Positions 12,040 to 25,084 of a stretch of DNA of 64,000 nucleotides are shown here, one piece after another. The first letter of the stretch is position 1. The number at the start of each line of letters is the position of its first letter. The notes under the pieces are model-generated. The model searched no databases. It saw nothing but the letters and a program-made list of their open reading frames with translations, and had not been told where the DNA came from. The stretch lies in the NCBI GenBank assembly GCA_051530055.1, contig CM121341.1, positions 7,418,784 to 7,482,783 of the forward strand, given 5' to 3'. The position numbers were made by a program, and so were the translations under genes. This stretch comes from Neoechinorhynchus agilis. Taxonomy: Eukaryota > Animalia > Acanthocephala.

Positions 12040-14167
12040 TTATTTGATGCACGGAGTAGTTCGTATCTTAATTACTGTTATAAGCTCGAAGTACGGAATT
12101 TCTGAGTGAACCAAATCTTTTGAACACCTCATTTCCCGCGGTTCTAGCCCAGACAAAAGGTGAGAAATCAGATCCGCCGACACGCTTGACAGCATCCATC
12201 AGCAAGCCTTTCGAAACGGCTATACATTGCCTCTTCATTTCATATCGTTTAAGGACATGAAGTGCACCTAGTCACAATCAGTAAGCATTGTTTTAAACGG
12301 TACTCACCGATATCATCTCCTCCTATTTCTAAATATTCTTTTAGGACGTTTGAGAGACACTTGGCATCAGCTAAACCCAGATTGATATCTTGCCCTGAAG
12401 GCGAATGAATACGGTGGGCACTATCCCTTTTATAAAAGATGTTCTCTGCACTTTGGTGAAATCAAATGGGACTCACCCTATAAGAGCGATCCTAGGAATC
12501 ACAAATGATTCAGGCAAAATCATTTTTAACGGAAAGCAACGGCGACTATCCTTTTGAATTTCACAGAACTGATTTATAGGCATATCGGAGCATTGTGCAC
12601 CGGCTTTGCAGGGTAATTTGTTCAATGATGAAATGAGTGCCTTGGTTATACTGTCTGTTTCAGCTGGGTCCGTCAGTGTTCCGTTTATTCTAGATAATAG
12701 ATCTTCATCGCTCATCTTTCTCAATTCTTCAGCAAGACCATTTTCATCGGCGTTCCATGATAAAAAGGAATAATTTTCAGATAAAGGCAAAATCACGATT
12801 GATCCATTGGAAAGAAATCTGTTGTAAACAATATCATTTTTCTAACGCGCCCTTAAGATTATTTTTCTGTTTACAAAAAATCTCACCTTGCAATGAGCCT
12901 TGCGTTTGTCCAGCTTCAAAATACAGCTTATTGCAGATTGGTTATAGTCAAGATTAATACACTCTTCAAATCCAGCATTATAAAGCAACTGACCTACGTC
13001 CCAACCGGTCGTAATTATTAAAAGCTTTGCCTCTATCGATGTGAACTTTCCAGCCTTTCTCAATTCTAGCTGAACAGAATCTGCCGAGGTGTCGGTATCA
13101 ACAAGTTCGTGCTCAAATCTGCAATCGCAGTCAACGATTTTGTCGTGCAAGACTCTTTTAAGAATGTCCGTTTCTACTATGTGAGCAAGTGGTTCGCCAG
13201 GACATGCAAATGTGAAGCCTTCGGAAGGTGAGTGAACGTCCCAAACCTAAAAGAGAATATATTGTTAAAAGTACTACATTATACGTTCCAGTTTCAATTA
13301 GCGATGTTTGATTCAGAAATAGATTTATCTTTAAAATTTTAGGCCTTTTCATTGGCCTTTTTCAGTCAATTGCTTGTAAGTTTCAAATATGTGGGTTGGT
13401 GTCCACATATTTGAAACTTACAAGCAATTGACTGAAAAAGGCCAATGACAAGGCCGAAAAGTTTCAAGATAAATCTATTTCTGAATCAAACATCTGAAAC
13501 TATAATGAATAATTTCTTTACAATTATACGTTTATAAATTATGTCTAGCGCTCTAGCGAAAGTAGAGGAGGAAAATGGTTGAAAGGGGTTTTATGATTTA
13601 TTCTCTAAAATTTTAAACTGTTTTTTAGTAGTCTGAGAAAACTAAAATTTGATCAAAACAGAATTTCCATCGCAATTTAATGAGTTTTAAAAACAAATTT
13701 CGTGTTTATAACAAACCCTTAAGGACCTGATGGCTTGAGGACTTCTATACTTTTGCAGCTTGGACCAAATATCGAGATCTGTGTGTGAGGGTGTAACTAA
13801 TGTTTGAATTTGAAAAGTGAGGTAATTTACCATTTAAGAGATCGTACGAAAGTCTATTAATGGCAAGACATCTCGGAAATCAGAGGATCTCAGATACCGA
13901 TCCCTAATCTGAGATTCCATGATGGAAAGTACATATTCTTGGACGCACTTGCGGTAACTTCAACCCGAGGCTTCACATCAACGATCATTGTTTTAAGGTT
14001 TAACCTCTTAAGTGCTAAATGGACACCATGTTAGTGAGCTTTTAACTCGATTAGAACTCACATGCAGCTAAAGTGGATCCAACAACTCCGCCGCCACAAA
14101 TAGCAACATCCACTTTGTGAGAGAGAAGACGCCGTAAAACAAACGAAGTGATTGGGGAGCTGAACAT
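12040..14167 (-). CDS. COQ6: Ubiquinone biosynthesis monooxygenase
   Basis: Hand-spliced: DVAICGGGVVG (FAD), VWD, HIVETD, YNQSAI, ILPLSE, PRIALIGDSAHRIH, YEMKR. Confidence 0.85.
13276..13505. repeat. Long near-perfect inverted repeat in COQ6 intron
   Basis: Arms about 92 bp (13303-13494) around an 8-nt loop GTTGGTGT; inner ~50 bp perfectly complementary. Confidence 0.95.
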
Positions 14168-14634
14168 TTACGTATATTCTTTGCATCATCGGAAACATAA
14201 TAGATAACGTTAAAATACCAACACAGAGGCCGAGCGTTCTTTATTTGAGAAAAAACATGCGTTTGATCTGAAAAATGTGAAACTCATGACACATATTCAC
14301 GTTTTTCTGACACTCAAGAACACTCGTTTCGAATGAACGTTGCGCCATAGGCGCCTACAATGTCTCCTTGAACTAAGAATGGGTTGTCGCGTTTTACGAC
14401 TGAATTCGGATGATGCGAGCAAAACTTAAATTGCAAAATATATCTATATCTTCATTCGGTTTGAAACTAAATACAAAGAAACGAATTTAGAACAAGTGGG
14501 AGTAGTAGAGGAAGACACGAAAATGCTCAATTCAGTCACCGAGAGAAAATTATTGGGAATGAAGGAATTAAAAATATGTGTATTGATTATAACCCCCCCC
14601 CTGAACGAATAAAAATATTTCGAAAAAGGAAACC

Positions 14635-15495
14635 TCATTCGGGTCACCTAAAAAAGGTTTCTATTGTTTTGTACGGCTCGGGTATCCGGGGAGATCGCTA
14701 TTCCCGAGGTTCGGACGAGCTTAAAAAATGCTCTAAACGATTTATCCACCAAGAGAAAAAAATCCACCGGGATGATAGAGTTAAAAGCATCGTTCGAATC
14801 GCCTAAAAAAGGTTTCTATTGTTTTGTACGGCTCGGGTATCCGGGGAGATCGCTATTCCCGAGGTTCGGACGAGCTTAAAAAATGCTCTAAACGATTTAT
14901 CCACCAAGAGAAAAAAATCCACCGGGATGATAGAGTTAAAAGCTTCGTTCGGGTCACTTAAAAAAAGGTTTCTATTGTTTTGTACGGCTCGGGTATCCGG
15001 GGAGATCGCTTTTCCCGAGGTTCGGACGAGCTTAAAAAATGCTCTAAACGATTTAATCATCAAGAGAAAAATCCCTGGTGGATGATAGAGTTAAAAGCAT
15101 CGTTCGAATCGCCTAAAAAAGGTTTCTATTGTTTTGTACGGCTCGGGTATCCGGGGAGATCGCTTTTCCCGAGGTTCGGACGAGCTTAAAAAATGCTCTA
15201 AACGATTTAATCATCAAGAGAAAAATCCCTGGTGGATGATAGAGTTAAAAGCATCGTTCGAATCACCTAAAAAGGTTTCTATTGTTTTGTACGGCTCGGG
15301 TATCCGGGGAGATCGCTATTCCCGAGGTTCGGACGAGCTTAAAAAATGCTCCAAACGATTTAACCATCACGAAAAAAATCCATCGGGATGATAGAGTTAA
15401 AAGCATCGTTCGAATCAGCTAAAAAAGGTTTCTATTGTTTTGTACGGCTCGGGTATCCGGGGAGATCGCTATTCCCGAGGTCCGGACGAGCTTAT
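14635..15495. repeat. Tandem array, ~154 bp unit, ~5.5 copies
   Basis: GTACGGCTCGGG recurs at 14671, 14826, 14982, 15136, 15289, 15442. Confidence 0.95.
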
Positions 15496-15841
15496 ATAAT
15501 TCTTTATTTACTATGTGATGACTTTTAAACAACAATTCGAGCAACATTCTTGTCTGGGGAATGAAATGTTCATTATTTTAAATGGCAGAAGCTCCTATAT
15601 TTCAGAGGCACAATCTTGCGCATTTATAAAGATTCTTTATGAATTTTCTACTACGTAGACTCATGTTGCTACGATTTAAAACTTAAAAAATTGAAAGAAA
15701 CTAAAGAACGTAACCACAAAAAAAAATAAAATGTCATTGCAAACACAAAAACAAACATTTGAAAGCTTAAGCGAAAATGATGTCCGTGGAGTACACGGTA
15801 GTTATACTGCAGAGTTTGAAGCGCTGGTGCAAACTCTCGAC

Positions 15842-18800
15842 ATTCCCACCCGACCAGATTTGCCCACCTAAACGGACATCCCGATCAGATTTGCCGATGT
15901 GCCCACCTTAACGGACATCCCCAACCGGATTTGCCCACTCGCCCAGATTCGTCCACCCGACCAGATTTGCCCACCTAAACGGACATCCCCGACCGGATTT
16001 GCCCACCCGATCAGATGTGCCCACCTTAACGGACATCCCCAACCGGATTTGCCCACTCGACCAGATTTGCTCAGGTGAACGGACATATTCCGGCCATATA
16101 TTCACGCCCGAACAGATTAGCCCACCTAAACGGACATCCCCGACCGGATTTGCCCACTCGCCCAGATTCGTCCACCCGACCAGATTTGCCCACCTTAACG
16201 GACATCCCCAACCGGATTTGCCCACCCGACCAGATTGCCCACCTAACGGAATCCCGACCGGATTTGCCCACCGACCAGATGTGCCCACCTAAACGGACAT
16301 CCCCGACCGGATTTGCCCACCCGACCAGATTTGCTCAGGTGAACGGACATATTCCGGCCATATATTCACGCCCGAACAGATTAGCCCAAATAAACGGACA
16401 TCCCCGACCGGATTTGCCCACTCGCCCAGATTCGTCCACCCGACCAGATTTGCCCACCTAAACGGACATCCCACCGGATTTGCCCACCGGTCCCGACCGG
16501 ATTTGCCCACTCGACCAGATTTGCCCACCTAAACGGACATCCCCGACCGGATTTGCCCACCCGACCAGATTTGCTCAGGTGAACGGACATATTCCGGCCA
16601 TATATTCACGCCCGAACAGATTAGCCCAAATAAACGGACATCCCCGACCGGATTTGCCCACTCGCCCAGATTCGTCCACCCGATCAGATGTGCCCACCTT
16701 AACGGACATCCCCAACCGGATTTGCCCACCCGACCAGATTTGCCCACCTAAACGGACATCCCCGACCGGATTTGCCCACCCGACCAGATTTGCTCAGGTG
16801 AACGGACATATTCCGGCCATATATTCACGCCCGAACAGATTAGCCCAAATAAACGGACATCCCCGACCGGATTTGCCCACTGCCGACCAGATTTGCCCAC
16901 CTAAACGGACATCCCCGACCGGATTTGCCCACCCGACCAGATTTGCTCAGGTGAACGGACATATTCCGGCCATATATTCACGCCCGAACAGATTAGCCCA
17001 AATAAACGGACATCCCCGACCGGATTTGCCCACTCGCCCAGATTCGTCCACCCGACCAGATTTGCCCACCTAAACGGACATCCCCAACCGGATTTGCCCA
17101 CCCGACCAGATGTGCCCACCTAAACGGACATCCCCAACCGGATTTGCCCACCCGACCAGATTTGCTCAGGTGAACGGACATATTCCGGCCATATATTCAC
17201 GCCCGAACAGATTAGCCCAAATAAACGGACATCCCCGACCGGATTTGCCCACTCGCCCAGATTCGTCCACCCGATCAGATGTGCCCACCTAAACGGACAT
17301 CCCCGACCGGATTTGCCCACCCGACCAGATGTGCCCACCTAAACGGACATCCCCAACCGGATTTGCCCACCCGACCAGATTTGCTCAGGTGAACGGACAT
17401 ATTCCGGCCATATATTCACGCCCGAACAGATTAGCCCAAATAAACGGACATCCCCGACCGGATTTGCCCACTCGCCCAGATTCGTCCACCCGATCAGATG
17501 TGCCCACCTTAACGGACATCCCCAACCGGATTTGCCCACCCGACCAGATTTGCCCACCTAAACGGACATCCCCGACCGGATTTGCCCACCCGACCAGATT
17601 TGCTCAGGTGAACGGACATATTCCGGCCATATATTCACGCCCGACCAGATTAGCCCAAATAAACGGACATCCCCGACCGGATTTGCCCACTCGCCCAGAT
17701 TCGTCCACCCGATCAGATTTGCCCACCTAAACGGACATCCCCGACCGGATTTGCCCACCCGACCAGATGTGCCCACCTAAACGGACATCCCCAACCGGAT
17801 TTGCCCACCCGACCAGATTTGCTCAGGTGAACGGACATATTCCGGCCATATATTCACGCCCGAACAGATTAGCCCAAATAAACGGACATCCCCGACCGGA
17901 TTTGCCCACTCGCCCAGATTCGTCCACCCGATCAGATTTGCCCACCTAAACGGACATCCCCGACCGGATTTGCCCACCCGACCAGATTTGCCCACCTAAC
18001 GGACATCCCCAACCGGATTTGCCCACCCGACCAGATTTGCTCAGGTGAACGGACATATTCCGGCCATATATTCACGCCCGAACAGATTAGCCCAAATAAA
18101 CGGACATCCCCGACCGGATTTGCCCACTCGCCCAGATTCGTCCACCCGATCAGATGTGCCCACCTAAACGGACATCCCCAACCGGATTTGCCCACCCGAC
18201 CAGATTTGCCCACCTAAACGGACATCCCCAACCGGATTTGCCCACCCGACCAGATTTGCTCAGGTGAACGGACATATTCCGGCCAGATATTCCCGCCCGA
18301 CCAGATTAGCCCAAATAAACGGACATCCCCGACCGGATTCCCCCACCCGCTCAGATTCGTCCACCCGATCAGATTTGCCCACCTAAACGGACATCCCCAA
18401 CCGGATTTGCCCACCCGACCAGATTCGTCCACCTAAACGGACATCCTCTGACCGGATTTGCCCACCCGATCAGATTTGCCCACCTAAACGGACATCCCCA
18501 ACCGGATTTGCCCACCCGACCAGATTTGCTCAGGTGAAAGGACATATTCCGGCCAGATATTCCCACCCGACCAGATTAGCCCAAATAAACGGACATCCCC
18601 GAGCGGATTCCCCCACCCGCTCAGATTCGTCCACCCGATCAGATTTGCCCACCTAAACGGACATCCCCAACCGGATTTGCCCACTCGCCCAGATTCGTCC
18701 ACCTAAACGGGCATCCTCTGACCGGATTTGCCCACCCGACCAGATTTGCCCACCTAAACGGACATCCTCTGACCGGACATTCCCACCCGACCAGATGTGC

Positions 18801-18885
18801 CCACCTAAACGGACATTCTCCGGCCAGACGATTTTCCCACCCGAACGCACAGCCTCCAACCGGATATCCCAACCCGAACTACGTA
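15842..18885. repeat. GC-rich complex satellite (~17 bp subunit, ~50 bp monomer, 219 bp higher-order unit)
   Basis: GATTTGCCCACC subunits; ORF track repeats every 219 bp (17110, 17329; 17120, 17339, 17558, 17777). Confidence 0.95.
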
Positions 18886-19233
18886 TTTTGTGGCCTTAAA
18901 AGACGTCTTGTGTTCGAGACCTTACATTTCACTGAGTTCAACGCCAAGGAACGAAACAAAACTTTAGCTTAAGACGCCACAGGCCAGCGACATGTTAAAA
19001 ATTAATGAAAAAGGCAACACGGCGAAAGTTAGCGGAGGCGATCCCTCTTATACCCGAGCCTCAAAATTTCTCAATATTTTCTACCCGGGTTATTATGATC
19101 ACCACAACTGCAATACCATTATCCGAATAATTTTCTCTCGATGATTCTCTTTTTTATTAGCATCGATTCAAGCAATGATTTTAATGACATCTATCATCTC
19201 CTTAGTGCACACCTTCGTAGATTATAATTAAGA

Positions 19234-19797
19234 ATGGGCAGTAGAACATACAAGATTGGTTCGATATACACGCGGTAACATTGATTGTTTTTTTAATATT
19301 TGACCAGAAATGAACATTCTTAGATTGAGAGGATTAATGGAGGGTGGAGTGATTGATTGGAATGTGCGTCCTCTTTGGTACGACGTATACGAAGCGTTTC
19401 CTCCAATGAGAAATGCAGTGTACCGAAATACGGCTCATAACGATCCACTGGATCAATGCCAAGATCCACCGAACATTATCTACAGTGAAGATCTTTGCAG
19501 GGCGTAAGTTGATAGTCGAAAAAACCTGTCAGAAGATTTCACGTAGTCGCTTCTATGACACTCTTCATAATCATGATATAATCGACTTGCTCAATGAAAA
19601 CGAACCATCCATCTCTCAAAAGTAAGTTGAATTAAAGAATAGCATTAATTTTTGCCGGTTTAGATTTATTGAATTGTTCAATCAACATAAACGATCGGAT
19701 TCTGATTGGGAAACATTTGATTGGTGTGTAGAAAAGCTCATGAAGCAAGGAGAGGCAATCCAACCGAAAATGGATGTTAGATCTGGAAAACATTGAG
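19234..19797 (+). CDS. MRPS23: Mitochondrial ribosomal protein S23
   Basis: Spliced MGSRTYKIGSIYTRLRGLMEGGVIDWNVRPLWYDVYEAFPP; three short GT-AG introns. Confidence 0.85.
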
Positions 19798-19899
19798 TTT
19801 GCTTATTATCACGATTTTCAAACCCAATTAATTTTTCTTTATTTTTTTCTAAAAAATTATTCCATTATATTAATTACGAAGTTACAATTTCGAACGCGC

Positions 19900-20715
19900 A
19901 TTGTTCCCACCCTAACGGCCAAATTGTCTCGAGGATAGATTCAGTGATAGCCCTTTGTTGTCGCGATCAACGATTTTCAAAAACATTGATTAAAATTCTG
20001 CGGTACTTAGTCTGAGGGCACCAATGGTCGCAATGGCGAGAGCTTAGAAAATGTAGAGCGAGACGGATCAATGCATTTGTATTTCTCTCTTTTTTCGGCC
20101 TTGGGCCCTTTTCGCTACTTCATCGGCTCGTGAAACTGCAAGAACAAGTTAAGAAAGCCCCTTTCCCGTGGAATTGTTGATGCACCCTCCAGTCTTTTCC
20201 TCTTAAAGCGACCGGAGCGATTAAAGATGGGATGCTGTGGCCAAAGCCTTACAGTTTAGAGTATTCACCATGTTGTAGAGATTGATCTTGGCTGTCGTTT
20301 TAAGTCCATCTTGGCACCAATCGACGGGATTGGTAAAGCGTTAAGAAAACCACAGGACCATTTAGTTGCAGTCGGGAGCAGACGTGATTGTTCTTTGGAG
20401 TTGGCACAAGAACCAAGGAGGTTTCGAATTTCCTCCTTAAACAAAGGGTCTGACCAACGTTTTTTGTATTGATGTGTCAACTGGAACAGGCACTCCGAGC
20501 TCTTTACTCCAGTATTCAATTGTGATTCGGTAAGATCTGTCGTTTATTCCTGATTTTTTCCAACCTTGGTTAAAATTTCTGCGGTACTTAGTCTGAAAGC
20601 ACCAATTATCGCAGTGGCGAGAGGTTAGAAATTGTTGAGCTAGACGAATCGATGCATTTGTATTTCTCTCTTTTTTCGGTCTTCGGCCCTTCTCGCCACT
20701 TCACAGGCTCGCTAA
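19900..20715 (-). mobile_element. CRE-clade fragment with duplicated endonuclease segment
   Basis: GFLNALPIPSIG in ORF 20265-20519; ~140 bp direct repeats (~19990, ~20570) translate to AEKREKYKCIDP-like RLE sequence. Confidence 0.6.
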
Positions 20716-20747
20716 CACGAATTTTAAAAAGAAATACCAATTAGCTC

Positions 20748-21197
20748 TTATTCACAATATTCTGTTTTATTTCGAACAATTTTTAGGATTTTAGAGCAAC
20801 CGTCGCACTCGACAAAATAATCACTTTCATCCATGAACACAAATGAACAACACGACGGACATTGTACTTTTCGTGGCTCCTCGCTAATGTCGAATTGAAC
20901 CACATCGTCGTACACAAACGAATGTTCGTCAATTAGGTCGAAAAGAGTGTATTTTGGATACTTTTTTAAGCAGTCCATCAATGTCCGGTAAGCTCGAATC
21001 AGATTGTTCACATTGCCACCATTTCCGCCACGGTCCGGATGATCACTTCTTACTCTCGCCTGGTAGGCATGTTTAATCTGGTCGATTGAATATCTACCAT
21101 CATCCATTCCGAAATGCTGCCATGGAGTTTGTCCACCGATACAAGGACTCATAAAAATGGATTTTGTAATTTCTACACGAACCTTCTCATTGTTCAT
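20748..21197 (-). CDS. DPH4: J-domain plus CSL-type zinc finger protein (diphthamide biosynthesis)
   Basis: HPD motif (DHPDRGG) followed by CPSC..CDGCSKILKI; intronless 149 aa. Confidence 0.75.
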   Translation of the reverse strand: MNNEKVRVEITKSIFMSPCIGGQTPWQHFGMDDGRYSIDQIKHAYQARVRSDHPDRGGNGGNVNNLIRAYRTLMDCLKKYPKYTLFDLIDEHSFVYDDVVQFDISEEPRKVQCPSCCSFVFMDESDYFVECDGCSKILKIVRNKTEYCE

Positions 21198-21519
21198 TAT
21201 CTAAAATTGCACGCCAAAATAGTTGCGAATCAGTCAGGTTGTTACCATTGGTCGCAACTTGCTTGACTTTTAAGATAAAATATTCTTGACAAATATGTTA
21301 AGTCAAGACGATTTGATTCTTAGTATTGTTTAGAAGTCATCACCCGGTAAATAATTTTTTATTAGAAATGTTTTGAACTTCATCATTTCATCGTCAGTTC
21401 TAAAATAAACGTTTTTAATAATCCATGCTGCCCAATCTTCTCCGATATCATAACTTGAAATAAACCTGAGGAAATACCAACCTAAAAGCGCTTCTGCAAA
21501 CAACAACCACCATGAATCT

Positions 21520-21640
21520 TCGATACGTTCAAGACTCGCTAGCAGTACAGCGGGGCAATGCTGCCAGCGTGATGGCGACGGTCGAGGAAGGACAAAAGCT
21601 GGAATTCGGCGGGAGGTGGTGAGTGTGTTAATTGTCGAGA
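21520..21640 (+). mobile_element. Very short 3' tail of a CRE-clade element
   Basis: Translates SLAVQRGNAASVMAT; a similar tail (ISIAVQRGNAASIL) at ~41178-41230. Confidence 0.7.
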
Positions 21641-22049
21641 AATGAAGATTGATTGAATTTCAAAATTTTTTATTTCAAAACATCAAAAAAAAGATCTGAA
21701 TCATTTGCTTCTAAACTAAAATTACTCCAAAATCAACAGCTATATTCATTTATCGAATCAGAACTCGAGTGTTTATGAGGACCCTAACGGGGACATGGGT
21801 TCTTTTCTTTGTGCCGTACCGGATGATGACTTCTAAACAATAACTCTAATAATATGCTAAGGTACCTTCTCACATATTTACATTCTGTCGCTTTATTGTT
21901 GGTATCAAAATCCGAATCTTCAAATATAAATGCATTCGTGTCTAACTTTAATGCTGCTACAAAAATGCACTTATTTCGGTGAAATTCAATTTTATTTGAT
22001 TGATTCATCTCGTCGGTTTCATCACCAGTTTGATAGTTTCTATTTATAA

Positions 22050-22595
22050 GCGAACGCCAAAAACGAATTTTTTAAATCCCTCCTTTAAAATGGTGTACTT
22101 TTCTTAACGAAAATCATAGCACCTAAATCGTCTTGGGTTTTCAACTGCATTTTTTGTGGTTTTAGATGGGAAATTACGATTTTTCAAAAATTCTTGCGCT
22201 AATTGCTGGAGCAAGCTTTAAAATGCAAATTTGAAGTCATTTCATTCTATGCTTCTGTGAAATGTCGAACACTTTAAATAATTCGTCCTTAATAAACTTT
22301 ACTGGGCTTAACGCGAAAAACGAATTTTTTAAATCCCTCTTTTAAAATGGTTTACTTTTCTTAACGAAAATCATAGCACCAAAATCGTCTTGGGTTTTCA
22401 ACTGTATTTTTTGTGGTTTTAGATGGGAAATTACGATTTTTCAAAAATTCTTGCGCTAATTGCTGGAGCAAGATTTAAAATGCAAATTTGAAGTCATTTC
22501 ATTCCATGCTTCTGTGAAATGTCGAACACTTTAAATAATTCGTCCTTAATAAACAAATCCCTCCTTTAAAATGGTGTACTTTTCTTAACGAAAAA
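22050..22595. repeat. 257 bp tandem duplication plus partial third copy
   Basis: AAACGAATTTTTTAAATCCC at 22061 and 22318. Confidence 0.9.
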
Positions 22596-22789
22596 ATATT
22601 AGCCATATGAAGGTACCTTCTCGCACATATAGACACTTTGATAGAACGATTGATATAGATTTTGGTTCGAAAAATCAATCTTATCGCATATTATAAAATC
22701 GTAGACAACGGTGTAGGTTTTTCTTTAAAATGCCGCAATTGAACCCTTGAACAATAGATTAAGTTATTTTCTTCATTTGACTAAAGTTA

Positions 22790-25084
22790 TCGTAATCAAC
22801 CAAAGGAGACGTGCGTCAAGGGTTACCGAGGCATGAACGGTCTCGTCTAAAGAAATTAGTCTACACAACTGACCTAAGAATAGCAACGCTAAATGTGGGA
22901 TGGATGACGGGATGGAGTGGGGAAATAGTTGATATGATGAGAAGGAAAAAGGATTAGTCTATTTTGTTTTTTGGAAATAATCGCATGTACAGAGGAAAAG
23001 ACACAGCAATTTTGGCAAAGCTTATTGGGATATTGTTACGAACTCGAAAAACACTCGTTATGCGATTACAGGAGACTTCAATGGACACGTGGGAAATAGA
23101 GACGGTTACGAACGAGTGCATGGTTGGCCAAAGCATTGCTGAACGAAACGCCGAAGGTGAAAAGCTTTTCGACTTGGCCGTTTCAAGAGAACTGCGACTG
23201 GCGAACACGCTTTTCCAAAAAGAGGATAGGTATATTACTACCTTTTCGAGCGGTGGAAAATCTAGTCAAATTGATTTCATCCTTTACCCGATATTACGAT
23301 GGAGCAAAATAAAGAACGTCAAAACGATTTTCGGAGAAGATTGCGTACCACAACACCGAGTAGTAGTACCAGACTCGACGACCAGAACAAAGAGGAAACG
23401 GTATGCCCGGAATGTGAACCCCCGAATCAGGTGGTGGTTGCTAAAGGATATTGAGCTTCGGAAACTAGTTGGTGAATGGAAGTTGACAAGCCAGATGTAT
23501 GGTGGAACGAATCATCAAAACTAATTCTGGAGGAAGGAATAGACATTCTTGAGCAGACCTCCATCAGGTAAAGAGAAGTGGTGGTGGAACCCAGGGGTAA
23601 AAGAAGCGATACGGCGAAAGCGAGATGCTAAGAAGATATGGTATCAGGCTCGAACAGTTGCATCTCAGAAGGATTTCAAGCAGGAAAAGAAAAATGCGAG
23701 AAGGGAATGCGTGATGGCAAAGGGAGAGGCGGATGGAGAGATCTATGAGGCACTAGAAAAGGAAATGGGAGTGGCAAGATCTTCAAGATCGCACAAATTC
23801 GCGACAAAAAGTCAAAGGATATTTCCAGTATCAAAAGGATCAAGGATTCGTCGGGAAGTACGATGTCAAACAATAACGAGGTTCCTCTAAGATGGCGACA
23901 GTGTTCCGATAAACTCCTGAATGCAGGGAGTCTGTGACAACCCAGCAACAAGGAGGTACCACCATGCGCGAATGCAGTGCGACCGTTCTCCTACTTGGGG
24001 AAAAGTGTTGGACCAGATGGTATCCCGATCGTAATATGGAAAGCGTTGGGCCGTTTTGGTATCCAAGTGTTGACGAATCTACATCGAAGAATATCACAAA
24101 TCGGGAAACTGCCCGCATCATGGCGAAATGTAGTTTTTCCGATTTACAAACAAGAAGCAGATATTGAACAATGTAGTAACTATAGGGGCATAAAGCTTAC
24201 GAGCCACACAATGAAACTATATTAAAGGCTTCTAAACAGTAGACTAAGAGAAGAGATCCGCGTCGAAGAACAAGAACTGTCCCGAGGAATACATAAGAGC
24301 AATCCAGATCATGTGAGAAGGATCCTGCAAATGTGTCAGATGCAGCGTGGGAGAGACAAACTACTTTGAGGTTACAGTTGGATTGCATCAGGAATCAGCC
24401 GTCAGTCCGTTCCTATTCGTCACGATCATGGATGTGTTGGGTTCTAAACAAATCGCCCGAAAGCCTCCATGGACACTATTGTTCGCTGATGACTTGATTG
24501 TGACAGTTGAAACACGTGAAGAGGCTCAGCGAAGTCTGGAAGGGAGCACTGGAAGCCAACGGTCTTAAAGTAAACAGGTTGAAGACGATATGCATGGGAC
24601 CGGAAGCGCTAAAGTTAGAAGAAGGTGTTGATTTGAAGATGAGAAGAACAGTGAAATATCTAGGCAGCGAAATAAATGTGACAAATTCCCTCGAACCCGA
24701 AATAACTGATCGTATACAAAGCGGGTGGCTCAACTGGAGGAAGATGTCTATTGTACTATCGGACAAAAGGATCTCATCGAAACTGAAAGGGCTGGTGTCC
24801 GACACCGTGGTGCGACCAAACAAAACGACCTCAGAAGATTAGAAACGAACGAGATGAGGAGGGAGCTGTTCGGCACTTGCTGCTGTTCAGAACTTATCGT
24901 CCAAAGAAGGTTACGCTGGCACGATAAAGTTTCGAAGTGCGAAGCAGATCACATACTGCGTAGCACGGAGAAACTGGAAAAAACGGGAAATCGCCGACGA
25001 GGTAGGCCGAGGAAACGATGGTTAGATTGCATCAAACAGAGAGAACCGCAACCTCTCGAGAGAAAAATGCTCAAGTGAGAGGAA
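22790..25084 (+). mobile_element. Degraded RTE-clade LINE (APE + RT) with 11 bp target-site duplication
   Basis: APE: LRIATLNVG, LANTLFQK, SQIDFIL; RT: GPDGIP, NYRGIKLTSHTMKL, LLFADD; GACTAAAGTTA at 22779 and 25085. Confidence 0.9.

Noticed and set aside
14576-15391. Repeating ORFs in the 154 bp array
   Set aside because: Repeat-derived, with frameshifting indels between units.
15868-18872. Many Pro/Arg-rich and Gly/Trp-rich ORFs
   Set aside because: Translations of the satellite; the same peptides appear in all frames.
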